A stretch of DNA of 64,000 bases. Origin: a virus. The first letter of the stretch is position 1; each line of letters begins with the position of its first letter. The notes beneath the pieces are model-generated. The model saw nothing but the letters and a program-made list of their open reading frames with translations. It was not told where the DNA came from and did no database searches. The stretch is taken from the IMG/VR virus record IMGVR_UViG_3300032241_002336, positions 17,656 to 81,655 of that record, one strand, 5' to 3'. Below are positions 9,258 to 19,600 of this stretch, one piece after another. Made by a program: the position numbers and the translations under genes.

Positions 9258-10078
9258 AAATTTGTAAGTATTTCTTTGTTATTATCTAAATCCTCTAGTG
9301 ATTTAATTTTAAAATTATAAAAAGGATTATTATTGTTTACATTGTGTTCTGTAAAAGTTCTGTTTTCGACATCCCATAACAAATAACCATGATTTTTAAC
9401 AGTCTCTCCAAAGTTCTGTTGTATTAGAGAACTTGGCATCATAATGGGTATATTTTTTTTACCCTGTTTTAAAGTAAACCCACCTCTTTTATGTATGTCA
9501 CCACATAATACCATATCGCAATCTTCAAATATTTCTAATTCAGCACCATTTTCAATAATATATCCTATATCAGTTTTTAGTCCTATAATTGGCCCATGAA
9601 ATAATCCAATATATGTTTTATCATCGCCAAATTCTTGTCTCGCACTTTCAATATTTGGTCTGCTATTTTCTTCAAAAATACTATATACACACCATACAAT
9701 ATTATCATCTAAATAACACCTACTTTCTTTGAAAAAATTAATATCACTATTTGGTAAAAATTGGACCATGGGTGTTATGCTATCAACACGATCTTTATTA
9801 TTCTCCAATAAATCATGATTTCCAGCTATAATAATAACTGGACCTATTTCTTCTAATTTTCTTAGAAACCAAGTTCCTAAGATTAATTGTTCATTTGAAA
9901 TGATAATTTTTTGATGTACCAAATCACCAACTAATACTATCCTAATTTCTTCTCTTTTATAATCCTTGAGTTGGTTTTTCAATTGATTTAAAAAAGTAAT
10001 AAAAACCTCTTTATATTCATCATGTAATCTATATGTACGTATATGAATATCGGCCAGGTGAACACAAATTCTTATCAT
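9254..10078 (-). CDS. sbcD: SbcD/Mre11 (T4 gp47-like) metallophosphoesterase nuclease
   Basis: Motifs DIH, GDLVH, GNHD, FHG and GDIH; close to sbcC. Confidence 0.9.
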   Translation of the reverse strand: MIRICVHLADIHIRTYRLHDEYKEVFITFLNQLKNQLKDYKREEIRIVLVGDLVHQKIIISNEQLILGTWFLRKLEEIGPVIIIAGNHDLLENNKDRVDSITPMVQFLPNSDINFFKESRCYLDDNIVWCVYSIFEENSRPNIESARQEFGDDKTYIGLFHGPIIGLKTDIGYIIENGAELEIFEDCDMVLCGDIHKRGGFTLKQGKKNIPIMMPSSLIQQNFGETVKNHGYLLWDVENRTFTEHNVNNNNPFYNFKIKSLEDLDNNKEILTNL

Positions 10079-10094
10079 AAGAAAAATTTTAATA

Positions 10095-10125
10095 CAAATA
10101 TACCAATTAATGTAATCATTTGCAA
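10095..10125 (-). promoter_or_regulatory. Bacteroidota-type -33/-7 promoter
   Basis: TTG-N20-TATATTTG upstream of sbcD. Confidence 0.7.
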
Positions 10126-10157
10126 CTAATTAAAATATTTATTTTTATAATAAACTT

Positions 10158-11078
10158 ATGAAAATTTGGATTAAACAAAAATTAAGGGAAAATTTAGAAG
10201 GGGGGTGGAAAAATAACGCATTAGCCGCTATTTTAACCGTTTCTAATTTATTTGGCAATGCTAAGGCTTCTGGTACTAATCCTGAACCAAATGTTGGTAT
10301 TTCAAAAAAAATTGTAAATAATTCGTTTACATTGAATATAACTAATGCTTTTGCTAGCGGAAAATATAATTTTCATGAAAAGGAGATCGGTGTTTTACAG
10401 TCTGAATTAAAAAAATTTGGTTTTTTAATAGAAAAAAATCCAAATACAAACATACTCGTAGAAATTGTTTCAAGTGAATCTCAAGTACCAAACTATGATA
10501 ATGAAATAGGGACCAATATTAAATTGGATGTTGGCATATTAGCCCAAAAAAGAACCAATACAGCTAAATTTGCTATCTTAAAATTTATTGAGGATTTAAA
10601 AAATAAAAACGTATTTAGGGGTGGTCTTAAATTTACGGAACCTGTAATTAAAATTGGTAATGTTAAATGGGACCCCAAACTTGGTAAAGATAACCCAGTA
10701 TACACTAAAGATCAATTTGTAAAAGTACATATAAAATTTGTACCAATTAAAGATACAATTAATACTATTGATTTTAGCGCATATTCAGATAGGGGTGAAG
10801 TAATACGTTTGGGTAACAATACTTGGGGTATGATTTTCTATCCAACTAGAAAATCAAATACTGATACAGCTTCTGGTAATTTAAACACAGCATATCAAGA
10901 TGTTTTATTAAAAACTGTAAAACCAAACACACCATTAAGAGGCCTTAAAGATGAAAAAAATGTTTATTTAGATACATATCTCATACCATCAGAATGGTGG
11001 AATAAAAATGTCTCTAATAATACATTGACACCAGAACTTGTTAAAGTAATAACGAGTACTCCTGAATGGAAAAAATAA
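10158..11078 (+). CDS. Hypothetical protein with signal-like segment and possible OmpA-like domain
   Basis: 306 aa; LRENLEG then WKNNALAAILTVSNLFGNAKA; FASGKY..VEIVSSESQVPN..LAQKR..YTKDQFV loosely follows the OmpA-C layout; TATTTATT upstream. Confidence 0.5.
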   Translation: MKIWIKQKLRENLEGGWKNNALAAILTVSNLFGNAKASGTNPEPNVGISKKIVNNSFTLNITNAFASGKYNFHEKEIGVLQSELKKFGFLIEKNPNTNILVEIVSSESQVPNYDNEIGTNIKLDVGILAQKRTNTAKFAILKFIEDLKNKNVFRGGLKFTEPVIKIGNVKWDPKLGKDNPVYTKDQFVKVHIKFVPIKDTINTIDFSAYSDRGEVIRLGNNTWGMIFYPTRKSNTDTASGNLNTAYQDVLLKTVKPNTPLRGLKDEKNVYLDTYLIPSEWWNKNVSNNTLTPELVKVITSTPEWKK

Positions 11079-11081
11079 AAA

Positions 11082-11840
11082 TTATTTATACTGTGTATTG
11101 TATTTATGTATTTCCATTAATTTTTTAGCCTCATGTTTTAGATACATGACTTGAATTTTAGTAAATGATTCAATTGCTTTATCCCAATACATAATAAATA
11201 TTTGTCTACATTTTCGACCAGTCTCCATTTCATACATTAACGCATATATACTCAATTGTATTGTATATATTGACCATTGACAGTTTTGAAGATGGTCAAA
11301 TGGTTTTAATAATGTCTCAAATCCATATGGATTATAATAATTAAAAACTCTATTCGTTTTATAATCCCCGACATCAAAAAATTTATCATCAATATCTATA
11401 ATTAAATCGCTCATTCCAGCTAATTCAAATTCTTCGGAAAACATGATTCTTTCTGGATGTATTCTTATACCCTCATCAATATTTAATTTATTATATTCGT
11501 CTATTACCTTCTTAGCTAATTCATCCTTAGGAAACCACCATTTATTAGCTTTTAAATATGTCTCCATGATGTCATGAACCTTGCTACCATAGATATTTGC
11601 CTCATCGTTTAACATCTGCCAATAGTCTAATATTTGCGTTACACTCATTTGAATATATTTCGGATCTTTGACTTCATCCAATTGATTGAATATAGCCTCT
11701 GCCACAGCAGGGGCATCAAAATGAGGTTCAATACTAGAAATAGTCTTAGTAACAGAACTATATTTTTTTCCTGTAATTTTATGAATATATGTATGGGAAA
11801 TTGGCTCTAAATATACGGGTGAAACTTCTTCTGCTAACAT
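11082..11840 (-). CDS. PD-(D/E)XK superfamily exonuclease (PDDEXK_1/Cas4-like fold)
   Basis: SVTK, YGSKVH, PE, AGMSDL, DYKT and QLSIYA motifs. Confidence 0.8.
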   Translation of the reverse strand: MLAEEVSPVYLEPISHTYIHKITGKKYSSVTKTISSIEPHFDAPAVAEAIFNQLDEVKDPKYIQMSVTQILDYWQMLNDEANIYGSKVHDIMETYLKANKWWFPKDELAKKVIDEYNKLNIDEGIRIHPERIMFSEEFELAGMSDLIIDIDDKFFDVGDYKTNRVFNYYNPYGFETLLKPFDHLQNCQWSIYTIQLSIYALMYEMETGRKCRQIFIMYWDKAIESFTKIQVMYLKHEAKKLMEIHKYNTQYK

Positions 11841-11851
11841 AATTTTTAATA

Positions 11852-11859
11852 CAAATCTA
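11852..11859 (-). promoter_or_regulatory. Bacteroidota-type -7 element
   Basis: TAGATTTG ending 11 nt upstream of the nuclease ATG. Confidence 0.55.
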
Positions 11860-11870
11860 CAAAATTAATT

Positions 11871-12818
11871 CTAATAAAATACTGTTTTTTTTATTTTTTT
11901 TATATTATGTAAGTAATGTACAATTCCACTACTATTCCATTTTTCAAAAATTAAACTTGGGTCATACCCATCTGGTAATTTACAAATTCTAATACGACCA
12001 GATAAATCCCCAAAATCTAATTTAAAATATAATTTTTTAGCATCCTCATAAGCATCATTATCCAATAGTATAACAATATTGGACTTAGCGTTTTCATATA
12101 ATTTATATAATAATATATCTGGAATATTTTTGCCTAATAAAGGTATGGAGTTTGGAACAACAATGTGATCAAAAACACCTTCCACTAAATAAATTGTTGC
12201 GTCCCAATTTATTTTATATTCATTAAAAATAATATCCTGTTTTGAGGCATCTGGATTTAAATATTTTAACTTTGTAAATTGTTTATCAAACCATCTAGCT
12301 ATAAAATAATTTAAAAATCCTTCTTCATTATATGAAGGAATTATAATACGATTATGATATCTTCCAACAGTTGTATAACCAATATCAAATTGAGATATAA
12401 TTCTGGAATTTATACCACGTTGTGTCAAATAATACATGGCACGATTATATTTAAAATCTCTTGAATTACAATCTTTTAACAATTTAAATCCATCTGGAAG
12501 TGCAAGTATTTTAAAATTATCTCTTTCTTCTAATATTTTTTCAGGCTGTAATAATCTATAATTTGATAGAATTTTATTATTACCAAATCTCTTAATTAAT
12601 TTAGTAATACTGCCATGCATATCATTGGTATCTTTGCAGACCCAACAATTAAAAACATCTTTATAATAATTTAATTCAAGATTTCCCTTACCATCACCCT
12701 CAGGCATACCCTTCTCAGCTGAACAACTCGGACAATCCCATTTGCATTGACCAGAGTCTTCATTATGTCCTCTACACTCGCCTAAAAAACTTTCTAAAAT
12801 ATTTATTATATTCGTCAC
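11871..12818 (-). CDS. dnaG: DNA primase (zinc finger plus TOPRIM)
   Basis: CPSC..CWVC zinc finger, RIIIP, KYLNP, LVEGVFD, LDND, DPS. Confidence 0.9.
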   Translation of the reverse strand: MTNIINILESFLGECRGHNEDSGQCKWDCPSCSAEKGMPEGDGKGNLELNYYKDVFNCWVCKDTNDMHGSITKLIKRFGNNKILSNYRLLQPEKILEERDNFKILALPDGFKLLKDCNSRDFKYNRAMYYLTQRGINSRIISQFDIGYTTVGRYHNRIIIPSYNEEGFLNYFIARWFDKQFTKLKYLNPDASKQDIIFNEYKINWDATIYLVEGVFDHIVVPNSIPLLGKNIPDILLYKLYENAKSNIVILLDNDAYEDAKKLYFKLDFGDLSGRIRICKLPDGYDPSLIFEKWNSSGIVHYLHNIKKIKKTVFY

Positions 12819-12822
12819 AAGA

Positions 12823-12830
12823 CAAATATA
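12823..12830 (-). promoter_or_regulatory. Bacteroidota-type -7 element
   Basis: TATATTTG ending 4 nt before the primase GTG. Confidence 0.55.
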
Positions 12831-12843
12831 CTAAAAATAAAAA

Positions 12844-13494
12844 TTATTTCCAGTAATTATTTTTTTTCATGTATCCAACAACTGAACAATACGCATCAGC
12901 GCAATCAAAGTTTTCTTTTTTAAGTTTATTCTTTTTATCATAAAACCAACTAATTTGAGGCTCTAAATCGGATACTAACTCCCAGATAATCATTTTTTTA
13001 TCAGCATCAAAATCATATGCCCCAAATAATACTGGTTCACTTTTGGCTATTTCCTTTTCATTACGAGGTGAGCCGTCTTTTTTAAACTTTCTGACACTAA
13101 TTAATTCTGGGAAAGCATATTTTCTAGCATCATGAGAGGAAATAAAATCAGGTACTATATTAAGTGTTTCGTAAACACTTCTGGCAATCATACCATTAAA
13201 TCTAAGAAGTGTTGCTATTGTATAAACATTATTAGATTGTAATAATGGCTCTTCAATTATTACCCTATTAATACCAACATCAGCATAATCATTGAGAAAT
13301 TCTTTCTCAAAAATACGAGCTTTTTCGAATAATTCTTCTAATTTTTTTTCTGGTTCTGGTTTGACTTTGGGGCTGACGTGATGTAATAATTTTAAATCTC
13401 CAACACCATTTTTATCCTCAAATAAAGCAATTCCAATTGTTTTTGTTGAAATGTCAAGCCCTAGAACTAAATTACTTTCATTATCTTTATCCAT
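12844..13494 (-). CDS. ruvC: RuvC-like Holliday junction resolvase
   Basis: VLGLDISTKTIG, VIIEEP and DCADAY catalytic acidic motifs. Confidence 0.8.
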   Translation of the reverse strand: MDKDNESNLVLGLDISTKTIGIALFEDKNGVGDLKLLHHVSPKVKPEPEKKLEELFEKARIFEKEFLNDYADVGINRVIIEEPLLQSNNVYTIATLLRFNGMIARSVYETLNIVPDFISSHDARKYAFPELISVRKFKKDGSPRNEKEIAKSEPVLFGAYDFDADKKMIIWELVSDLEPQISWFYDKKNKLKKENFDCADAYCSVVGYMKKNNYWK

Positions 13495-13539
13495 AAGTTT
13501 TTAAACATAATATAAAAACAATATATAAAAAATAAAGTC

Positions 13540-14736
13540 TTATACTGTAATTTTAATTGATAATGCAAAGAAATCATTAATATTTTTTAATATGTGCCTA
13601 TCAGTTTTGGCTATTGCTATAAGACTTCCATTAATATCATATAATCCAACTTCACTAATTCTTGGGGTATCTCCAGTACTAAATGTAGTATTTGTGGAAA
13701 TGGCAAATTCACCTCTATCAGCTATGCATGTAATATTCTGTGATACCGTACTAGATAGACTAGTCAATGTCACACTTGTTGCTGTTGATGATGTATTGAA
13801 GCTATTAACGATAGTCGGATGTGTTATGACACAGAATCCCTTATCTAAATAAGCAATACCGACAATAGTATCGGCTGTCTGACTTAGATTACTATTTGTT
13901 GTTAAATTATATAACTGTTTATTATTTTTGCTGAATGGTTTTACTGTATTATATCCAGTAGCCCAACTTAGACTTGGGTTTCCACTTGGTTTAGCTATAT
14001 TATCTGAGAACAGAAAAGCTATATTCGAGCCTAAAAATTGTGTATTTGTTGCTGTATCATTATTATTAGCATCCTGAACACTCAATGGAATACCAGTATT
14101 CTGATAAGTGCTATAAATTGTGTAACTACTAGCTGTTGTGCTTAAATTTAATTTTATTGATTTACCATCAATTAATTCACCATAATTATTATTATTAAGT
14201 CCAATAACCAATATATTAGTAGCATCAATGCCACTTAACGCTGTATTTGCATAACCACCAAAATTTGATGTTAATCCTGTAAATTTATAATCATCACTTG
14301 TTGATAATGGTAGATTAAAAGTATAATATAAATTAACTAACGGATCTGTATTAATATTGTTTCTATTAACTATATTCTGTGTAATATTCGCACCACTAAT
14401 TGTTGTTTGGCCATTTGATACATATACAAATGTTACACCACTTGATTGTGGCTCAACAGCTTTTGTCTTTGCGTTAGTACTATTAACAAATAAAACGCTT
14501 TTAATATTAACATTATTTCCAACACTATTTGAAATAGAATTATTTGCGCCTATATTTCCCCCATTTGTTGATACCTGACCCGCTGACAGAGGTAATGCTG
14601 CATTATAATTTGCATCAGAATCACCTAAGCTAAAAGTTGAAATTAATGTTGTATCATTCTGTAACAACATTGTTCTGCCGTATGGTGTTAATTTTGCCGT
14701 TAATGTTGTGGTACTACCACTGTTAATATATCCCAT
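13540..14736 (-). CDS. Virion protein, tail-collar/fibre-like domain with insertion
   Basis: N-terminal KLTPYGR..FSLGDSD and C-terminal ISEVGLYDINGSLIAIAK resemble DUF3751-type tail-collar domains; N/T/S rich. Confidence 0.6.
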   Translation of the reverse strand: MGYINSGSTTTLTAKLTPYGRTMLLQNDTTLISTFSLGDSDANYNAALPLSAGQVSTNGGNIGANNSISNSVGNNVNIKSVLFVNSTNAKTKAVEPQSSGVTFVYVSNGQTTISGANITQNIVNRNNINTDPLVNLYYTFNLPLSTSDDYKFTGLTSNFGGYANTALSGIDATNILVIGLNNNNYGELIDGKSIKLNLSTTASSYTIYSTYQNTGIPLSVQDANNNDTATNTQFLGSNIAFLFSDNIAKPSGNPSLSWATGYNTVKPFSKNNKQLYNLTTNSNLSQTADTIVGIAYLDKGFCVITHPTIVNSFNTSSTATSVTLTSLSSTVSQNITCIADRGEFAISTNTTFSTGDTPRISEVGLYDINGSLIAIAKTDRHILKNINDFFALSIKITV

Positions 14737-14749
14737 TAGTTTATTATAT

Positions 14750-16891
14750 TTAGAAATCCATTGATAATTCTAGCATTATTGTCTGACCAGCTATCAATGG
14801 AACTGGTTGACTTAATTTACCCACAACAACAAGATTATTATTAGAATCATATATTCCTACTTCACTAACCTTAATATTTGGCGGATTAGTTGATGCTGTT
14901 TGGCTTCTTGTTTTATTTGTCGTCTGTGTTAATTGAGCTGAATTAACCCTTATATCAAATAATGTTTTATAAATTGTTGCACCTATATAGGTATCCAAAT
15001 TACCATAAAAAAATCTTTCATCACCAAACTGTAAAATATTTGAATTTGTATTTGGTGCCATTCCCAATGGTATTGTTATATCATATGTCGTAGCAAGAGC
15101 ATCAATTGCATTTGTTAAAACAAAACCATTGACTATTGGTGTTTGATTTTCTAACAACAAAGGATCTATTGTCTGTCCTGCTGTATTAGTAATCAATGTA
15201 CTAGTAAAATCATAAGTCTTCCAATTATTTGGATCTGGTCTAGAATTTTCACTAGGAACAATTTGATATAATAACCTAAAATTATAGGCATTAAAACCAC
15301 GACCATCATATCCAACTTTTTCAATTTTTCTCATGAATGGTAGTAGACCAACATTACTAATTGAAAAAGCCACATCCTGTGCTGTAGGTGTATTATTTGT
15401 AAGAACTGTATAATATTGACATGGTAAAGATGAACCTAAACCAGAATATGGACTATCTAATGCATATGTTATATACATTGTTTCATTTACATCCAATATA
15501 CCAGTATCAGTTCCACCAGTAGGACTGCTTAAGACAGCACTCAATGGGGGTAAAGTCCAATTTCTATTTGATTTATATGACATTGCCGCAACTATTTCGT
15601 CATCACTTATTACTATTGTTTTAAGTTGTGGAAATACCTTACCAACTACATTTGGTGTTAAATTACCTATTAATGTTGGATCTTCGATTAAATCTAAATA
15701 TTGAATATTTGTATCACTTAATAATTGTATATTGCCAGTAGCAATAAAACTCATACCCATTGTTGTACCAGTAGAAGTACCATAATTGCTTCTGTGATAC
15801 ATCAAATCTGGTAATGTAATACGCACATTTTTATTATTTGTTGTATCTATATAAAAAAATTCTCCATATAGATTAGATATTGTATTATTTGTATAATGAA
15901 TAATAGATATAGATTTGCTAATATAATCTATATAACCGTAGCCTGGTCCACTACACTGATTAGTTACACTTGTACCGATAGATGCGCATAGATATTGAAA
16001 ATATGGATTTTTACTACCCAGATAATCAAATGAACCAAATTTTGTATAATCCTCATAATAAGCCGTTGTACTTAAACCAGTCATACCAGCTAAGTTTTCA
16101 CACCATACATTATTCATATTCCAAACCTTTACATCATTACATGTAATATTTGTAGCTGAATCAAACGATAAAGTTCCTGTATCCCAATAAGCTGTTGTTG
16201 TATTATAACCAAAAGCGGTAGCAACTTCTCCGCTGGGATATATAAAAACATATGAGTTACTTGAGCTTTGGCTTGAATTATTTGGTAATTTTCTATCCAA
16301 TGTCAATACCAATGTAGCTCCTGTTGATATTGATTGTACATTATACCATAAATTTGGCATAGGAGTAGCATTTTCAACAGCATTTGGGGTTGAAGTATTA
16401 TTCGTTAATTTAAGTCTGATAAAATCACCAACACTTACATTTGTTCCTAATGGAAGATTAAGGGTAGATGTTCCACTTATCGTTGTATTTGAGACACTTG
16501 TAACAGCTTTTACATATGTCGTACTTGTTAAACTTGTGTATGATAAGGATGAACCAGTAAAAAATCCTCTTTCTTCAGCTTGATTATTTACAATAGCTTG
16601 AACTACATTAATATTTGCTTGAGTCATTGGAAATAAGTGATTTCCATTAGAATCTATAATATATGATTCAAAATTTGGTTGTTGATCAACTGGTCTAAAT
16701 ACTCTACTTGTAGCTGAAAGTATTGGATCTGTAGGATTAGCATCTAAAATAGCTTCTCTTTCATAATTTAATTCAGAATCACCAATTGCCCAATTAGAAA
16801 AATTTAATTGACCAGATGCAAGTTGTTTTCTTCCAACTTCAGTTAGTTTGATGTTAATGTACGGACTCGTACTTTTTATAATGTAACTCAT
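14750..16891 (-). CDS. Virion protein, paralog of 13540..14736
   Basis: KLTEVGRKQLA..WAIGDSE at the N-terminus and VSEVGIYDSNNNLVVVGK at the C-terminus. Confidence 0.6.
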   Translation of the reverse strand: MSYIIKSTSPYINIKLTEVGRKQLASGQLNFSNWAIGDSELNYEREAILDANPTDPILSATSRVFRPVDQQPNFESYIIDSNGNHLFPMTQANINVVQAIVNNQAEERGFFTGSSLSYTSLTSTTYVKAVTSVSNTTISGTSTLNLPLGTNVSVGDFIRLKLTNNTSTPNAVENATPMPNLWYNVQSISTGATLVLTLDRKLPNNSSQSSSNSYVFIYPSGEVATAFGYNTTTAYWDTGTLSFDSATNITCNDVKVWNMNNVWCENLAGMTGLSTTAYYEDYTKFGSFDYLGSKNPYFQYLCASIGTSVTNQCSGPGYGYIDYISKSISIIHYTNNTISNLYGEFFYIDTTNNKNVRITLPDLMYHRSNYGTSTGTTMGMSFIATGNIQLLSDTNIQYLDLIEDPTLIGNLTPNVVGKVFPQLKTIVISDDEIVAAMSYKSNRNWTLPPLSAVLSSPTGGTDTGILDVNETMYITYALDSPYSGLGSSLPCQYYTVLTNNTPTAQDVAFSISNVGLLPFMRKIEKVGYDGRGFNAYNFRLLYQIVPSENSRPDPNNWKTYDFTSTLITNTAGQTIDPLLLENQTPIVNGFVLTNAIDALATTYDITIPLGMAPNTNSNILQFGDERFFYGNLDTYIGATIYKTLFDIRVNSAQLTQTTNKTRSQTASTNPPNIKVSEVGIYDSNNNLVVVGKLSQPVPLIAGQTIMLELSMDF

Positions 16892-16951
16892 ATTGTATAA
16901 ATATGTTTATTTTTTATTTTATTTTACTTATAAATACTAAATTGTCAATAT

Positions 16952-19600
16952 TTAATAAGAATTTATTGCATTACTCTGAATAGTAACCTTAACAGTCTCG
17001 CTATAAGCTGTACTACTGATAACATCACCACAAATTGAATTATAATTTTTAATATTTTGAACCCTATAATAATAATTACTTCCAGATAAACCAGTTAATA
17101 TCAAATTTCCTGTATAATTTGTGACTAATGGTACATATTGTACAGTGGAACTGATAGTATATGCAGTAAATGTATTATCATTGCTATATTGTACAGTAAA
17201 GTAGCCGTTATTAGACTGAGGTTGGTTCTGTATACTCCACCCAATTACAGTATTATTTTGAGTAATTCCATTTATTACATTTGCAAGTGGATAATAGATA
17301 ATTGTTAATATATCACCTGACATTATATATCCATTTAATATTATTCTATTTGGATTAGAAGTAGATGGATAAAAATCAATATTGCTCAATAATGTTATAC
17401 CATTTAATGTTAAAATTACATTTGTAAAATTTAAAATTTGATTCTGTGTGTAAATTTCATATTTTCCAGTACTTGTATTATAATAATATGTATTGGTACC
17501 TTGATTATTAGTTATTCCAGATGGAATTGGAGACCCCACATATATATTCTCTGAAATTATAGTTAATACAGAAGATCTAGTATAAATTATTGTTATAACA
17601 TCTCCGTTTACAATTGGTCTTGTAAATGTTAAAACAGTTCCATTAAGAGTATAATCTATGCCATTTGCTAATGTTAATCCACTTAATGTCACTACAATAT
17701 CACCGACATATGTACTGTTTAAAGTAAGTGTTGATCCAGTTCTTGTATAACCGCTTGGTGCTGCGTCATTTATTACAATTACATCTTGATACAATGGTAA
17801 TGTACCGTTTAAGGGTAAATTAATGACATTGCTCTGTTGAAATATAGGTGTATCCGCATTTTTTACAGCGACAAAATAAAAATCAGTGCTTGGTTCATAT
17901 AATTGAAATGAAGAACCCTGATTATAAATTGATGTATCAATTGTTTTACCCAATAATCCAAGATAAGTCGTACATGCTGCAGCATTATAATAACCCTTAA
18001 TTAAGTAATCACCATCTAATGATAGACTACTTATTGGTATATTTTGTAATAATTGATTAGTACTACTAAATTCACTATATGGTATATTAGCACTAGTATA
18101 TACAGGTGGAACCGTAAAAACATTTAAGCTAGTATTAAATTTATATATTTCATATTTAAAACTTGCATTATTTCCCGTAAAACTATGTGTATTACCTGTA
18201 AAATTAAATGTAAGGGGTATATTGGGTATTGTATTATTTACTAAATAAACACCAATACTATTTGCAGATATTGAATCAAAAGTCTGTGAACATATTGTAG
18301 TACAATTAGCACTGCATGATCCAGTACAACTAGTACCTCCAGTTGTTATAATTTGAGTACAGACATAACCATCACCACAGCCATCTAATGAATATCCAGA
18401 TGGACATGAATAACCAATACTAGAACCTATTTCCCATGTTTTACCAACAAAATCAGCTGTTGTAAAAATTGCATTGGCTTGTGTCGCTCCAATACTTGTA
18501 GCCCCAGTTAATATTTGATAATTAATTGGATTATATATTTCCGCACCAAAAGCTGAAACTGTTGAGGGAACATTTGAACCTAATAACTCAATTATATTTT
18601 TACCAGAATTTAAATAAAATGGAAATACGCTCCAATTTTTAAAATTTTCTTGTGTTGAACTTCCTGTAAAATTAACATATAATATTCCATTAAGATACAA
18701 TTCAGCATAATTATCTCCAGCAACTCCAACATAATAAAGACCGCTAGTTGGTATATCTAAACAATAAGTAAAACCCACGTATTCTGGACTAGTTGATGCG
18801 CTTAAACCAATATTATTTAATCTTCCACTAGTTAAATTGTGTGCGCTATTCGCCCAAAATGTATTTGAATTATTTATATTTAAAGCTGTTATTGTTCCGC
18901 CACTTTGATCCTTTAAAAAACCACTTCCATCATAATAAACTGGTAACGCACCATCATTTTGAATATTTGGATAAAAATAAGCTCCATTATCAGCATATAA
19001 ACCATCTTTATTTCCAGCAACAATTGGTATACTGCTGCCATTAAAAGTAGCACCAGTTGTGTTAATTTGAACACAAGCATCATTTGCTGGTGTTGGTGAA
19101 AACCCACTTGGGCAGCTAAGTTTTTTAAGATTAAATACAATACAGACATCTACCTCTAAATCAATCACGCCATATGGCTTATCAATAGTAAAATAAGCAC
19201 CATTTGATGTATACGAATATCCCAATGCATTGTAGGCACTGGCTACTGAATTTAGAAATAAATTATTTGATGGTGTATCTCCAGTTAGATTTGATGTATT
19301 ATAGAAAATACCAGTATATACAACTTCATTATTCGCAAGTATTACAGTCTCCCAAGAGGTTGATTCATAGCATGTACTTCCTGATGTAAAACAATTACTT
19401 GTAGCAGCACTGAGCATATTGGAAAAAGAATATCCAGTTAATATACATTCAACTGTATTACACTGTATTTTTGTAGCACCATTAACATTAAATGTTGGTG
19501 ACTTAAAAATACAGAAATCAGAAGACATATTTACATTATTAATAGCTCTATTTCTAACATAAATGTTACTCTGGTCATATATTGGTTCTTGGAATCTCAT
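16952..19600 (-). CDS. Virion/tail-fibre protein with Cys-bracketed beta module and C-terminal FN3-like segment
   Basis: 882 aa; module shared with 19861..24603; two LNG-TL...DY..GD-I-I-Y repeats; W..YFTVQYS..YYYRV at the C-terminus. Confidence 0.6.
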   Translation of the reverse strand: MRFQEPIYDQSNIYVRNRAINNVNMSSDFCIFKSPTFNVNGATKIQCNTVECILTGYSFSNMLSAATSNCFTSGSTCYESTSWETVILANNEVVYTGIFYNTSNLTGDTPSNNLFLNSVASAYNALGYSYTSNGAYFTIDKPYGVIDLEVDVCIVFNLKKLSCPSGFSPTPANDACVQINTTGATFNGSSIPIVAGNKDGLYADNGAYFYPNIQNDGALPVYYDGSGFLKDQSGGTITALNINNSNTFWANSAHNLTSGRLNNIGLSASTSPEYVGFTYCLDIPTSGLYYVGVAGDNYAELYLNGILYVNFTGSSTQENFKNWSVFPFYLNSGKNIIELLGSNVPSTVSAFGAEIYNPINYQILTGATSIGATQANAIFTTADFVGKTWEIGSSIGYSCPSGYSLDGCGDGYVCTQIITTGGTSCTGSCSANCTTICSQTFDSISANSIGVYLVNNTIPNIPLTFNFTGNTHSFTGNNASFKYEIYKFNTSLNVFTVPPVYTSANIPYSEFSSTNQLLQNIPISSLSLDGDYLIKGYYNAAACTTYLGLLGKTIDTSIYNQGSSFQLYEPSTDFYFVAVKNADTPIFQQSNVINLPLNGTLPLYQDVIVINDAAPSGYTRTGSTLTLNSTYVGDIVVTLSGLTLANGIDYTLNGTVLTFTRPIVNGDVITIIYTRSSVLTIISENIYVGSPIPSGITNNQGTNTYYYNTSTGKYEIYTQNQILNFTNVILTLNGITLLSNIDFYPSTSNPNRIILNGYIMSGDILTIIYYPLANVINGITQNNTVIGWSIQNQPQSNNGYFTVQYSNDNTFTAYTISSTVQYVPLVTNYTGNLILTGLSGSNYYYRVQNIKNYNSICGDVISSTAYSETVKVTIQSNAINSY

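Noticed and set aside
11082-11840. Cas4 / CRISPR adaptation gene
   Set aside because: No four-Cys Fe-S pattern and no cas genes or array nearby; generic phage PD-(D/E)XK exonuclease
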